Notes: a model not told the origin generated them from the sequence alone. A stretch of 59,724 nt of DNA, filler included, from Platydemus manokwari (GCA_037951405.1; 6 parts of 6 records of this genome joined end to end with filler, not necessarily neighbours in it), one strand, 5' to 3'; shown: positions 26,200 to 39,520, numbered from the whole stretch's first letter. Program-made: numbers and translations.

Positions 26200-26670
26200 T
26201 CTTTTTAAATCTTGGTTTTCTTCTTAATGAGGCCATTTATCACTCCGTATATTATTTCAAGTAAATCTATTGACACTTCTACTACAAGCTAATTTGTGTT
26301 TTCTTGAATCTGCTTATAATTTATTACCTCTTAAGTTTTAATTTCATCTAATATGCTTTGATTATCGTAGAGCATTATTTAGAGAGAATCACATTTCATG
26401 GTTGATGCTTTGATTTTGTATTTTTTCTTAACTTTCGATATGTGAAGATTAGTTGATGCCTGCAATTAATTCATTTGCACATTCAACGTCACCAGTGATT
26501 ATTGTCAGAGGAAATTCGATTTCTTCATCTCCTAATAAGCCCATTGCTGATTCGTATGATGCCTTTCATTTATATGATGATAACACAATTAATTTGTTAA
26601 ACATTTATTTAAAATTACTATATATATTCAAAACATATGATGAACATAAAATAAAATTTTGACCTACTGT
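26200..26670 (-). mobile_element. Decayed Gypsy integrase C-terminal fragment (homologous copy at 30330-30790)
   Basis: Colinear DNA similarity between the two copies. The other copy reads GYVLVGNYK..KW..DVI*RVI..K.KI. Confidence 0.5.
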
Positions 26671-28043
26671 TAGATTTGAATGGTTTTTTATATTCTGGAA
26701 GTATTTCAAAGATAATCAGTAAAGTTTTACCATATTAAAAATTCATACATCGAGGATTGAGCTGGCAACTATTCTTCAAATAAATATTCTTAAGAAAATC
26801 TTATAATAAAATCCCATACAAGGAGGTAAACTATGCTATAACAAACGGAGACTGTAGATAATTTGCATAGCATTTTTAAATAGATTCTTTTAATTTTACA
26901 AGTTAAAATGGATTTGAATTAATGTAAGGAGGATGAAATAAAAAGAATTTCAATTGTGACTATTTATAGATTTATTTATAAATTATTCAAAGGCTGTCGT
27001 TCTTCGATGTTTCAATCCTAGGTGCTGCAAAATGGTTCCGGTTAAATAAAGATTTCGCAGAATGTAACCAAATAAAATTGTCATTTATAATTGGCTAGAT
27101 ATTGACAGTTGGCTTCAAATAGATTTGGAGAGAATTCAGAAAATTCAATGGAACTATTTCAAATGAAGATATAGAAAAATCGTTTTTGGAAACTTTCTCA
27201 AATACCAAGACAGTGTATGACAAGTTTCCGGATGTAGCAGTCATGCGGTAAATAAAAGATGAAAATTACCTTAGATGTTTAATATGAAGAACACTATTGA
27301 AGAAATTTAAAGACTATTTATTCTGCAATGTCTACGTAATATTTACTCTAAACCATACAATGTCCAATGATAGAAAAAGAAAGCTGGCTGTAAATTTAGA
27401 AGAGTTAACTCTGACATGTAATCTTCAAAGAATACTACGACAAACAAGATCAAGGAAAGTTGTTGCGTCTAAATTTTAAAACGATTGTAGAATGAAACAC
27501 ACAATACGTAGTGATTATTTAAAACCATAAGCTTGCATTCGCTGTGATTAGATAGAACACAAGAGGTTTGAATACCCACTGCGGAATAAATGTTTAATAA
27601 GCAGTAAAGAATAAACATAAAAATAAAGCAGTAAAAATAATATAAAAAGGTGATTTGATAAAAATAGAATTGAAAGTCAAAGTGAAATTCGAGACATCGT
27701 TTGATAAACTAATTTAATAATGTCTTTGAAAATCTCCATTTACATTTAGAAATAGTAGCTATGATTTCGAACTGATAATTTAGATTAAATTGCATACCCA
27801 CATTAAAACAACAATACCTTCGAAACTTGATGGTGAAATAAGGCAGATAAACATAGATAAAATATTGAAAAAGGTCAACTAACCAATACAAGATGAAAAC
27901 AAAATACAGTCCCTGTAAGAACAGGTAAATAAAAATTTTAAATCATTTTGATTGGTTATTAGTTTACAACAAAGTCATTATTAATTTTATGTAAAGCAAC
28001 ATCATTTCATTTCATTTCTCATCTAATTTTAAATAAATTTAAA

Positions 28044-28991
28044 ATGATTTACTTATCGTTAGATTTAGTATCGTTCTTGATTAATTTTTTCTGTTTAATA
28101 TCGCAAATCAATGCTGGCAATGGTGATATGTTTATGTTGCTGTTTATATATGAACATCTTTTAGTTACACTGATTTCAAGAAAAAGACCGACGTTTGCCG
28201 CAAACGCCTACAATACAGAATGGTCAGCAGATAAAGTTGTTGATGGAAATTATAATGGCGACATATTCAACAGTAAATATATCAAAGCAATTTTTATTTT
28301 TTTCTGTTATTTCAGATTCATGTTACCATAGTTATAGTGAAGAAGAACCAAAATGGTTGATAATAATACTTCATCGTGTTTCAGTCATTACAAAAGTTCA
28401 AATATATACTCGAAATGATCACATAAACTTTAGTAAATATTAATTCAATATATCTATCATTTCATTATGTTACAGTGGCCCGCACTGCACAACTTACATT
28501 TTACGGTAGTTATAATGATTACACGACATTCATTATGAATTCTTCGCAATTCTATAAAATCAATAACTTTGAAGGGCCTGCTACAACTAAAATGATTGAA
28601 ATTGCATTTGATAGATTTGTAAAGACTTATAAATATTTTAATCAATAAATTTGTTCAGGTGTCAAGGATATTGGTTATTTCTAAACCTTTTGAACGCTCA
28701 TCACTAAATCTCTGTGAAGTTGATATATTCGGTTATGAGTTCCTCAAAGGGAATTCCATGATTTGTTTATTTATTTATTTGATTGCGATAATTGATCAAT
28801 AGATTTTAGATAGCTTAATGGGTCAAAACAAAAATTATGAAAATGTGCAACATTTTATGGAGGCAAAAATCGAATCAGAAGTGGAATGTGGAATACTATG
28901 TTTGGAAATTACAAGATGCATTTCATTCTCTCTCAATATTGAAAGACAATGTGTTCTTTATGATCACGCAGGTGGAAATTATTTTGTCTGA
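28044..28991 (+). CDS. Secreted F-type lectin (fucolectin-like) domain + C-terminal PAN/apple domain protein, 6 exons
   Basis: Signal peptide, then SADKVVDGN, SCYHS..PKWL, IYTRND..R and LNLCEVDIFG, then SEVECGILCLEITRCISFS...QCVLY. Five short GT-AG introns (first 28123-28164). The spliced frame is open to TGA at 28989-28991. Confidence 0.88.
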
Positions 28992-29677
28992 GCCAATACT
29001 GAATAAGATTTGAAGATAATTCATATTTTTTATAACTCTTTACAAACAATAAATGTAGTTAGATTGCAAACTCATTTAATTGGGCTCTTTAATTGGATCG
29101 TGTACTTTGGATTTTCTGGACACAATTATTAAATCATTACTGATATTTTTTTGAGTTCTGATTACTTCTTTCGTTTGTTTTGATGTGTTTATATATATGA
29201 AATTTTCCTAACAATATGCACATTACCTACGTACTTTTTTACCATAGTCACAATGATATTATTAGTACGATTATTATTTATGTGATTATTATCTCGTTCG
29301 ATTAATAAAAATTGCTTCATTGTATGCATCCTTATAAAATGAATTCAATGAATTATAAAGTTTGAAATATGCATTATGGTTTTAAAATAATAGTTATTTA
29401 TATGAAAATCGACCGCAGTATTATTATCGATAATCAATAACCATATCAGAATATTCAATAAAATCGATAACATAAAAACCGTTACATAACAAAACCAGTA
29501 TAAAATTTTTAAATGAAAATTCAAAATAATATTAATATATAAAATCAAATGAAAGAAATTAATTTGAAAATTATTCTACTGGGTCTGAGTTCATTGTTTT
29601 GCTTGTTATCCTAGTCAGTCGTTATTTAAATTGAGTTTTTATTTTTAATAATTTTGATATTCTTGTCAATGATATCT

Positions 29678-29860
29678 TCACTTGAAGATCTTTGCAATAT
29701 TGTAGAAAAGATCTATTATACACTTGCTGTTTTTATCTGGCCAGTTAGCTATCTTGAGAGTTACTTCTCTATCCGAAAAAAATTCTTCACCTTTCTTTGG
29801 TCTGTGAGTCTTATAGACCTCTCTAAATAATAGTAAGAAAGATTCTAACACAAATCCAAG
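29678..29860 (-). mobile_element. Probable LTR-retrotransposon Gag relic
   Basis: GEEFFSDREVTLKIANWPDKNSK...IAKIF resembles the EEFL..FE....NW.D..K...A..W/F Gag pattern. Confidence 0.35.
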
Positions 29861-30329
29861 ATTTTGTATGTTTATCATTATTTTTAATATATTTTTTAAC
29901 ATTTAATGAGGTAATTACGCCTTTTTGTTTATAATATTATATTTTATGCATGTGTGACATGGCATTTAAAACTATTCAAGATTGAATAGTATATAAATCA
30001 AAAAATCATATAGGAAAATATAATATTAATAATAAAAATAATAATAACACTAATACTACTACTACTACTAATAATAATAATAGTTAGTTCTTCTACTAAG
30101 TTTTTAATATCTATACTATTTTGATTATTACTGGTTCATCCTTCAAAATACTAGTTATGATATTCTCTTGTTGACATGCTAAATAATTGAAAAAATCATC
30201 GTGTGGTTTATTTAAATTTTTATAGTTTTCTAAAAATTACAATACTTTCATAATTTTTATTTCTAATAGTTTGTGTTCTCTACTTTAATTCACACCATTC
30301 TATTTTGTCTCCTTATTGATATTTTTATA

Positions 30330-30790
30330 TCTTGGTTTTTGATTTACTAACTTCATTTATCACTCTTTATATTACATCATGTAAATCAACTGAGAACTTC
30401 CACTTCATGTAAACTTTTGCTATTTGACTTTGCTTGTAATTTCCTACCAAGACATATCCCTTAACTTTAAATTTTATCCATTAACACTTTTTATGGTAGA
30501 AAGTTATGTAAAGAGCATTACATTTTGTGGTTGTTGATTCGATTCTGTATATGTTCTTTGAATCGTATTAGCTTCCAATATTTGTAGACTAGTTGTTACT
30601 CGTTCAAAAATATTTTTATATTCACTGACATCGAAATTTCTTCGTCACCTATCATGCTGATCTTTTAGTAATATGATGAAAACGTAACTACTTTTTTAGA
30701 ACATTTAGAGTTATTGATTACCTTCATCTTTCGAATAAAAAATATCAAAGCATGTGAGAAACATAAAATAAATTGTGAACTACTGCCCAA
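30330..30790 (-). mobile_element. Decayed Gypsy integrase C-terminal fragment, copy 2
   Basis: See 26200-26670. Confidence 0.5.
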
Positions 30791-30804
30791 TTAAATTACC
30801 CAAA

Positions 30805-31310
30805 TAAATAACTTTCAAACTTATTCTAAGTGCAAGTCAATTGAACATTATTTAAGGTTTTTGGAATATTCTTTTGGCAATGATGTTTAATAAAAGATTT
30901 AACCATTGCTACCTAAACACACGATAATCGTAATGTTGAATGACCTTAGCTTGGCAAATATCATTCAGTTTTATCATGAATGCAAGTCAATCGTTTGTAT
31001 ATTAGTGCAATGTAAATGTTTGGAAATATTCTTGTAATAATTAGATCCAATAATAAATTTAGAAAATTACATTCACCTAGTAGATATTCTTTGTATTTAA
31101 AACAATAATCGTACAACTTTGTAGAATAACATTTTTGCTATTCTTTTGAAATAAATGACTAAGGGAAAAATAAAATTTTGAGTGACAGCTTCTAAACAAT
31201 TATTTCACTCAATAGTTTCTGAATTTTATTTCCAATGCAAAATAATTGCATCAAATTTGAATGGTATTTTATGTTCTTGGAAAATACCCAAAGTAATCAG
31301 CAATGTTTTA
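30805..31310 (+). repeat. Dispersed repeat, copy 2 (see 22850-23460)
   Basis: Colinear similarity with an internal deletion. Confidence 0.75.
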
Positions 31311-32027
31311 TCATTTGAATCATTTTCGAATTTCTATGTGACAATCAATCATAGCGAAATTTCCTTTACTATATTAGCATACATTGCTATATGTTAATCT
31401 TGTTCGATAACCTACTAAATTAGAAAATTCTTCCTATTTTTATTTTTAAAAATGATTAAATTAACCTGTAATTATTAAGTAATTCTTTTACATATTTATT
31501 TATTTTTCATTTTTACTTAATATCTTTTTTTATCAATAATAATTTTATTTAGAAATTGTTATCCTATTTTAATTTCTTTTTTAGAATATTACAGTTTAAT
31601 TTTAGCAATTATCATTTCATCAGTAATTTCTCTCTTTCAATTTGTTATTTTAAATAATTTTAAACGTTTAACTTTAAACTTTCAGATTTTACTAATTATT
31701 GAGCTCTTTCAAAGGGACTAGTGAGAGATAATCAAGAAACCACTTCTGGAACTGATTTTGTAAGTAAAATTATTCACGAACAGATTTTCACATTTATGTG
31801 GTCAGTAAAATAATTAAGATATTTCATTGATTAAGATATTTATTAGAAGTTAAAAAATTGGAGTAATAATAATATTTTTATTTAATAATCAGTATGTCAT
31901 TAAATATCGAAAGAAGAAATTAATTTTTTTGAATAAATTATTATGTAGAACTGGTTGACAGTGACTAACCTGTAGTTCACGTGACGACTCTGTTTAATCT
32001 TTGCGTAAAGCAAGGCAATGATATATA

Positions 32028-32127
32028 NNNNNNNNNNNNNNNNNNNNNNNNNNNNNNNNNNNNNNNNNNNNTTAATTAATTAANNNNNNNNNNNNNNNNN
32101 NNNNNNNNNNNNNNNNNNNNNNNNNNN
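32028..32127. other. Artificial contig spacer
   Basis: 44N-TTAATTAATTAA-44N. Confidence 0.97.
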
Positions 32128-32620
32128 TATGCCCGTTTAAACTGACGAATGCACCAGTAGCATTTCAACGTATATTATAACTCATGTATGACATGTTTTG
32201 GTATATATGAATAACATTTTGATCTACTCAACTACGTTCAAAGTATACATATCTTATGTACTGAAAGAGTTTCTCCTGCTTCATTATGCAAAATGAAGTT
32301 AGAGCCCGTTGAAGCACATGGGCACATCAAATAGTTTGATCAAATTGGTATTTAATCAAAAACATTTTAATCTATGGATAGCATATCGATCATGGAAAGC
32401 CAACACTAATGCGTATGTGTTATAAGGTTGACTACACCTTCCAAATTAACTTAACTGTGTCATGAAAGTTATGGATCTTCATCTATAAACTGCAAAAGCA
32501 TGCAAGACATATTGATGTTCAAGGATTATTTTACAAAGTATACTGAGGCACTCGCTCCAAATACCAGAAGGTAGCTACAATGGCGAAACTATTGCTTACA
32601 GATAAGTGTACAAATATCTT
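32128..32620 (+). mobile_element. Collapsed Gypsy pol relic (RT core + integrase start)
   Basis: CPFKLTNAPVAFQR..VLVYMNNILIYSTTF (cf. MPFGLTNAPATFQR..VYLDDILIYS), then ILMFKDYFTKYTEA. Confidence 0.8.
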
Positions 32621-33689
32621 AAGCGAAGTGTATTAATATATCATGGGTGTGTGGTTTATTTTAAAAAATACGATAAGATTAAAATTATAAAAATTTTAAT
32701 TAAAAGCTATTTTTAAAAAAATAATATTAAGAATATTTATACGATATCGATATTTATAAAATGATCTTGCTTAAAAAATTACTGTTAACTTCTCGATTTT
32801 AAAAAATTATTAAAATTAGTAAAATTAAGAAAAGTAATTTTAAATAAAAAATAAAAATGTAACATAAAAATATGAGCATTTATATTAAAAAAAAGAAGAC
32901 AAATCAGATGGAAATAAATTTTAAATATTTTAAAAGTTGTTTGAAATGGATGTATTATAAAACAAAAGACATTTTGTCAACAGAACAATGTATATTTTGT
33001 TATGATGAAAACATGTCCTTTGTTTTGAATATTCAAGACGAAGAAATTTCAGCGACTAACAATGGGAATTTTTTATATTAAAAAACTTGTCAAAATAGAA
33101 TACCATTCCACAAATGGTGAAACGATGTGACTAGAAATTCTATGGATTACTAGCAGTAGAGGAAATAAGAGTAAAATTGGTTGAAAATTCTATGTGAAAT
33201 ATATATCCATGGGTAAAAGTTAGATAGGCCATTGTGCTCGAATTGTAGATAATATCTCACTGATCATCAATCAAGTTAGTAGTTCAGTTTCTAATTACAT
33301 ATGAATTATTTTACCAGTTCTAGCCTGCCATAAATAATGCTTAATTATTTATTGCTTATCATAATTTTTGTTATTCAAAATCTTCAATTTTAAATTTATT
33401 TACTTATATCTGGCAGCAATTTAAGATACTGATTATTCTTAAAAATCTCTTTTGTTTTATATGTGCTTGTACAGTTATAGGAACGAAGACTGTAGATAGT
33501 CAGATTATATTTGTTAATAACGTTTTAAAAAGTTCGAAAAAGTGGTTTTTATGGTATTATATTTCATTTTTTTAATGTTTATAAAATATAATTAGATAAG
33601 AAAAACGGTTGTATGATGTAATCAGAATAACACCTCTTCAATGGAAGAGAAAATCGACTTCTAATAACACAGTCTTTATCTTTGAAACT

Positions 33690-33862
33690 AATTAAATATA
33701 TACAAATTAAATTAAAGATTGATTAAATATTAATTAAAAATTAATTAGAAATTAATTAAATTTATAAAAATTACATTAAAAATTAATTAAATATTAATCA
33801 AATATTAATTAAAATTTAATAAAAATTAATTAAATATATAAAAAATATTTAAAATATTTAAA
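33690..33862. repeat. AT-only low-complexity tract built from attaattaaa-like units
   Basis: Direct reading. Confidence 0.85.
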
Positions 33863-33963
33863 ATCCTAACAACAGAGTTGAGACAGTGTAAGAATTAAAC
33901 ATTTCAACTAACCCGACTTACAAATACTTAAGTTGAGCTGGTATTTAGTTTCCAAATAAAGAT

Positions 33964-34758
33964 TTACCAACATTGTCGGGAACAACCGAGTAAACAAATG
34001 GATTGAGTCGGTTGTTTCACCTCAAACAAAGAATAGTTTTTTGTTCTGCATCTATTAGCACTCAGTGATTTATTATTAAATGAATTATATCGAGGGTTAT
34101 TTAAATTTTTAGAATCCTCATTATCAATAATCGAAGTTTGCGGAAATAGGTGTTGTCTTGGAATTCTCAGAGAAAATTTATCAAAACCGACAATACCAAA
34201 TGAGTTTGAATTATTGTTCCTTCGAGATTTGGTTTGAAAACCTAATGGTCTTGTTGAGTTGTTGGAATTTAAATTATTACCTATTGTCTGTATACCACTT
34301 TGAAATTTCTTCTGTTCAGCGAATAATGGTCTAGTACATTGCTGTGGGCAACAAAATAAACAAGTAGCCCGGATTGATTGATTGGTTCCGAACACAGATT
34401 TATTCGTCGTACTAGTCTTCGTGTCAATTTTATGCAATTGGTTATTATAAAAATCAAGTGTAGAATGTGTATTCGAGTGAGGTTTTCGGTTTTTGTTTAA
34501 ATTGTTTGTTTGACTATATCGAAGAGATAATGGTTGAGCATTTGGATTTTGTGTTGTATTATTTAATTGTACTCCATGACTTGGGGTTTCTCCCAGTCGA
34601 CTGGAACCGATATTTGGTTTTTCAAATAATAGATTGCAATTTATTGGATAATTGGTTTGATTTGTAAATTTTGAAGTGTGATTATTGCGATCAAATATTT
34701 TCGATGTTTCAGAAATTGGATCCAATCGATTCTCTCGGTGCTTATATCCGTAAATCAT
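33964..34758 (-). CDS. Intronless orphan protein (264 aa, N/S/T/Q-rich) with two CLxxCxxQC motifs
   Basis: A 795-nt open frame in stop-rich DNA with ATG at 34758. TCLFCCPQQC is internal and ICLLGCSRQCW is at the C-terminus. No recognised domain. Confidence 0.7.
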   Translation of the reverse strand: MIYGYKHRENRLDPISETSKIFDRNNHTSKFTNQTNYPINCNLLFEKPNIGSSRLGETPSHGVQLNNTTQNPNAQPLSLRYSQTNNLNKNRKPHSNTHSTLDFYNNQLHKIDTKTSTTNKSVFGTNQSIRATCLFCCPQQCTRPLFAEQKKFQSGIQTIGNNLNSNNSTRPLGFQTKSRRNNNSNSFGIVGFDKFSLRIPRQHLFPQTSIIDNEDSKNLNNPRYNSFNNKSLSANRCRTKNYSLFEVKQPTQSICLLGCSRQCW

Positions 34759-34843
34759 CAATAATAAAAGCGAAATATTTTCAGAAATGATTTATATTTC
34801 AATAAAAATTTAAACAAATTTAATTTATTTTTGAATGACCTAA

Positions 34844-34856
34844 TGACGTCACCAAT
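34844..34856. promoter_or_regulatory. Perfect CRE (TGACGTCA) abutting CCAAT in a divergent promoter region
   Basis: 86 bp upstream of the orphan ATG and ~410 bp upstream of the GPCR ATG. Confidence 0.5.
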
Positions 34857-35264
34857 AACGGAATAATTAATAATTGTATAAATTAAAAATAATATATTTA
34901 TATAAAGTCATTATATTTCAATATATTTATATACCGCTGGTTTTCATTGATTCCCGTGAGAATTATACCGTGTGAATCTGCAAATTTTTGAAAACTTTCA
35001 GACGTTTCTATAGTAACGCAGATTGTAGTGATCGTTTTTTAGATTAATCGATAAAATATTATTGATATCATCCAATTAGATAATAGTCGTAAAATATTTG
35101 AGTTATTACCGTATAAAAATTTATCTCCTTAGTATATGATTATTGACATTAAAGCCCTCACAAATCAATCATCCATAGTACCCTGTTAATCGCTTATATA
35201 AGTCTTCATTGGATTGATAAATTTATTCTTCTCAAATCATTCGATTCAACATTTTTCCCACGAG

Positions 35265-36905
35265 ATGGCTTCGATCAAACTTATTATCGTTTTGGTTTCA
35301 ATTTCACTTCTCAAATGCCTCGAGAATTGTAAAAAAATTGATGAATTTTGTCATTGTGATTCATCATGTCGTTATTACGGAGATTGTTGTCCAGGACACG
35401 CTAAATTCAATCATCCCGGCACATATTCTGATATTTTGACATGTAACAGTTTCTGGATGGTTGATAAATGTGGAAATAAGAAAAAAGTTGTCGATTTCAA
35501 ACAAAAAACATCGGATAAATTTCAGGAATTAATGAAACCTTTCCCCGTCAAATCAAAGGAGGGTTTGATTTTTCGCAATTCATCCTATGCGCTTTGTAAT
35601 CAAATAACGAGTTTCACTTCATTGAAATGGACTCTTAGATGTATGAACCAAACGACTGAGGACAAAAAGAGAGCAATCCAGCTGATTAACAGATATCATA
35701 GACGATGTCAAATGACAATAACTTTCAAAAAGGATGAAAGGCGTTTATGTCAAAATAATTACATTAGATCATGTCCAATCGGATCGAATGAGATGGCAAA
35801 GGATATTAAAGCGAATTGTGAAAATGGTACCTTAAAACTATTCAGGCTTCAAGATAAAATTTATCGAAATAAGTTTTGTTGCCAGTGTTGGAAAGTGAAT
35901 TGTGAGGAAACTGTTACAGAAACACCATCTGTCGATGATTATGAAGTTACCCATAAATACCATAAATTCTCCTACTTTCTCGATTTTTCGCAATTCGATC
36001 AAAAAAATGGATCAAATTTCGATCATACACTGTTGAAAGACGTTATTTATTACGCGTCGTTTTTATTCACGTGTCTGTCAATGATTTCTCTCGCCAGTTT
36101 AATTTTATTATTCACAACAAAGACCGTATTTCATAATTTCGGAGGTTATCTCACAATTTGTATGTGTTTGTGTTTATTGTTGATGAACTTCTTCTCGTTA
36201 TTAGTTAGTAATCCTAATGTGACACAATCATCATTTTGTAAATATCTTGCCATGATACAGCATTTCATATCGTTGAGCAATTTCGTTTGGATGGCGATCT
36301 ATTCTTTGGATTTATTTCAAACTTTTGTCATTAAATCGATGAATCTCGATAAGACTAAGAATTGGAAAACATTCTGTATTTATTTCACAATAGGATTCAG
36401 CTGTGTTGGTGGATTCGTTGGAATATCGACAATCGTAGAATTTTCTGCTAACACAAATTCCACTTATCGGCCACGATATGGAGGAAATCATTGTTGGTTT
36501 GGAAGTCGATTTGCATTGGTGATTTGGTATTTCATTCCAGTTTGCTTGTTACTGTTGTGGAATTTGTGTGCGTGCATTGCGTTATTTTATAAATTGATGA
36601 AGACATCGAAAGAATGTCAAATGGTAACACTAAAAAAGTCCAAGTCGACGTTGTGGATTTGCTTGAGACTGACGGCAATTTTTGGAATGGGTTACATTTT
36701 TCAAATAATTGCTATTTCGATCGATCAAAATATTTTTGTTGCTATAGTAACCATGTTCATTTGTTTACAAGGTTGCTTTCTGACGTTGTGTTTTATATGG
36801 ACGAAACGCGTGAGATCGATTATTATTAAAATATTTTTCGTATCAATGGGCAGAATGTGTGTTCGAAATTCTAATCCCAACGACACCATTAATGAAATGG
36901 GATGA
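35265..36905 (+). CDS. Intronless class-B-like (adhesion/Methuselah-like) GPCR with Cys-rich, somatomedin-B-like ectodomain
   Basis: TATA-like element ~35195 and ATG at 35265. Signal peptide; CHCDSSCRYYGDCC; PV...IFRN..YALCN and YRNKFCCQC repeats. Seven hydrophobic helices with CKYLAMIQHFISLSNFVWM, RPRYGGNHCWF and LQGCFL. No GPS motif seen. Confidence 0.9.
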   Translation: MASIKLIIVLVSISLLKCLENCKKIDEFCHCDSSCRYYGDCCPGHAKFNHPGTYSDILTCNSFWMVDKCGNKKKVVDFKQKTSDKFQELMKPFPVKSKEGLIFRNSSYALCNQITSFTSLKWTLRCMNQTTEDKKRAIQLINRYHRRCQMTITFKKDERRLCQNNYIRSCPIGSNEMAKDIKANCENGTLKLFRLQDKIYRNKFCCQCWKVNCEETVTETPSVDDYEVTHKYHKFSYFLDFSQFDQKNGSNFDHTLLKDVIYYASFLFTCLSMISLASLILLFTTKTVFHNFGGYLTICMCLCLLLMNFFSLLVSNPNVTQSSFCKYLAMIQHFISLSNFVWMAIYSLDLFQTFVIKSMNLDKTKNWKTFCIYFTIGFSCVGGFVGISTIVEFSANTNSTYRPRYGGNHCWFGSRFALVIWYFIPVCLLLLWNLCACIALFYKLMKTSKECQMVTLKKSKSTLWICLRLTAIFGMGYIFQIIAISIDQNIFVAIVTMFICLQGCFLTLCFIWTKRVRSIIIKIFFVSMGRMCVRNSNPNDTINEMG

Positions 36906-39520
36906 AAATCGGTATATTTCAACTTCATCAAATATAGAGAAATTAGATAAACTTCATTGGGAAATGGTAGTGAGTTACATTTATAGTGTGTTGAATTACA
37001 ATAGCATTTGATGTTTTCAACTGGACATTGATTCGTTGGCATATATTCGTTGAAGAATATTCAATCGATATCCCAATAATCATTCTTCACATTTATCATC
37101 TGTCATTTTTAGATTTGAATAAAATATCATTAGAATATTCTTTAATGGTTTATTCCTTATGTTGTTGCTCACCGTTGTATTGAATTAAATTAAAATTTAA
37201 TTTCAGTATTCTGATTCTAATTGGAATTTAATTATTCAAATAACTGTTGTCAAAAGTGGGGGGAGGGGCACTGATCCGATATCAAGTGTCGAATTTATGG
37301 ACATTAATCCGCTTGAATTATTCATGAGTAATTTATCAATTATATTTTCAGGCGTTTTACTTGAAATCTTAATTTTAAATATTAATTCCAATATCTCTTT
37401 AATACTTATACAAATAATTCAAATACTCTCCGTAAGGATTTTCAAATAAATTAATATTTAAAAGATTTTATTTAAATTTGTCAAAATAGTTGTATTTGAA
37501 AACATAAACTTGTGCCTGTGGCCTTTCCGTTACTTGACAATGCGTGGTTTATTAAATAGTAATGGCTTGCAATCTCAATACAGAAAAATTTGTTTAGAAT
37601 AACCTTTATTTTTTACTTAATTTGACTATGATTGCACTTTATTAGTCATTACCGATTTTTATTTTATGATTATATAATTGTTTAGTTATTAATTAATTAA
37701 TTAATTGTTATAAAAATAAACAAAACAACAACAAATAGTGAAAATATATGAAATGAAATATCAGTTAAGTTACTTTTTGTATCTATTTTATTTTATCCGG
37801 TTACAATGCAACAAGTAATATCAATTTCAATTTTGAATGTCTAGTAACTTAAAAATAAAGCACCCATTTTCAGATTCAATTTACATGGAGACGTTATATT
37901 ATATGACTTATGTAGACGAAGGAGCACTTTGTTTTAATTTATTTCATTTCAATTTTTCATTTCATGATTTATTTCTTCTGTTGTATTCAGAAAATAATAA
38001 ATTGGTAAAGATGCCCATATTTGATTACAAACAATGAAACGTATATTCTCTCATTTAGTAATTTGTTCGAATTATTTTTAGATATTTTCAATAATTTTTA
38101 TTTAAAAATTACACGGATAAATTTACAGTATTTCTAAAATGAGTTCTCATTGATGTCTAAAAACCAAGATCGAATTGAAGATAATTTTCGAATTGATTCA
38201 TTTTTTTGTGATACTGTTTAGTAGAAAGAAGGGAGATATTATTAAAGATATTATTGTACTGATTATTTTTAATAATATGAAATTTAAGTATCTATCAAAT
38301 ATTTCAATGTAATTTTATTGTTACCATTAACTATATATTCAATCCAATTTCTCATTTTTGTCCACTCCGAGCTAATTGAAGCTAATACATTTTATTAATA
38401 ACTTTGTATAATTTTGATAAAGGGGGTCAAATACCTCTAAATAATTTAAAATTTTAAGAAACTAATGAAATAAAATGTAGTCCAAGAATTTGATTTACAA
38501 TCTACTATCAAAGAATTATTTCTTGTATTCTAATATTTTATCTGACTTAAAGTGTACGACGTCACAGTATTGTAATAACAACTGGTCTGAACTACTACCC
38601 TGTAAGGACAATTTTGAGTTCCAAAAGAACCGAAGGCTGCATCTGCATTTGGTGAACACGTACTAAACGGTGTCACACAAGCTCCTCCGAAACTTGACAA
38701 AATATTTCATAAAACAGAATCTAAAAATTGACTTCCAATTGATAGTTGAACATCTTTACTTCAGTATTTATACTTAAGATTTGTGTATAATTTTTCTATC
38801 ACATTTATATCCCTTTTTAATTGAATTTATTGATTTAGTGCGCTGCGGATTGGTCAATCCCTATGTGTATAACTGTTCCTATAAAAATAATAAATTTTAA
38901 TTTAAATATGCTGTGATTGGTTCATTGCTAATTCTGTATGGTTGGGTAGGCTGTAAATGCTTAAAGTGCTAAAAGAAGAATTTCTATGTGGAGAATCGTT
39001 TTTCTTTCATCAGATTTCATCTCTACTCAACGAGACATCAAGTATCATTTAAAAGAAATAATAAACAATTCTTAGGTAATTTGAATTTCTAATCATTCGA
39101 ATTTCAGAATCTTTAAATAACATTTTTCGGTATTCCTATTATTTTAATACACATATATCAAATGCATGTACGTTTTCTAGTTAAGTCTATAAATTATGTT
39201 TTTGATAAAATTTGACTTGAAAAATTTGGCCGAAGTAACTTAATACATTAATCTATAAATTTAAATACTAATTTAATGACTTGACAATTGCAATTAAATT
39301 TAATCAATATAAATTGTTTCATACAGAAACTAGAAATACACTGAACAATCTCTTCTACTTCAAATAGAAAGAAAATGCCCGTTAATAAAAGAAACAAAGA
39401 AATTTAATCATGCAAGTACTCGTTGGAAAAATGTTTCCAATTTGTAAAACAATATAAATCTATCATTTAAATTTAATTCAATATAAAAATAATGAAATAA
39501 TGTCAATGAAGATTCTGAAT

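Noticed and set aside
27095-27160. DSWLQIDLERIQKIQW as a third discoidin/F-lectin exon
   Set aside because: No other lectin exons or splice structure nearby. The context reads more like a decayed Gag.
32872-33330. Possible Merlin/ISXO2-like transposase relic (CLKW..C..C)
   Set aside because: Catalytic motifs are not recoverable; too weak to call.
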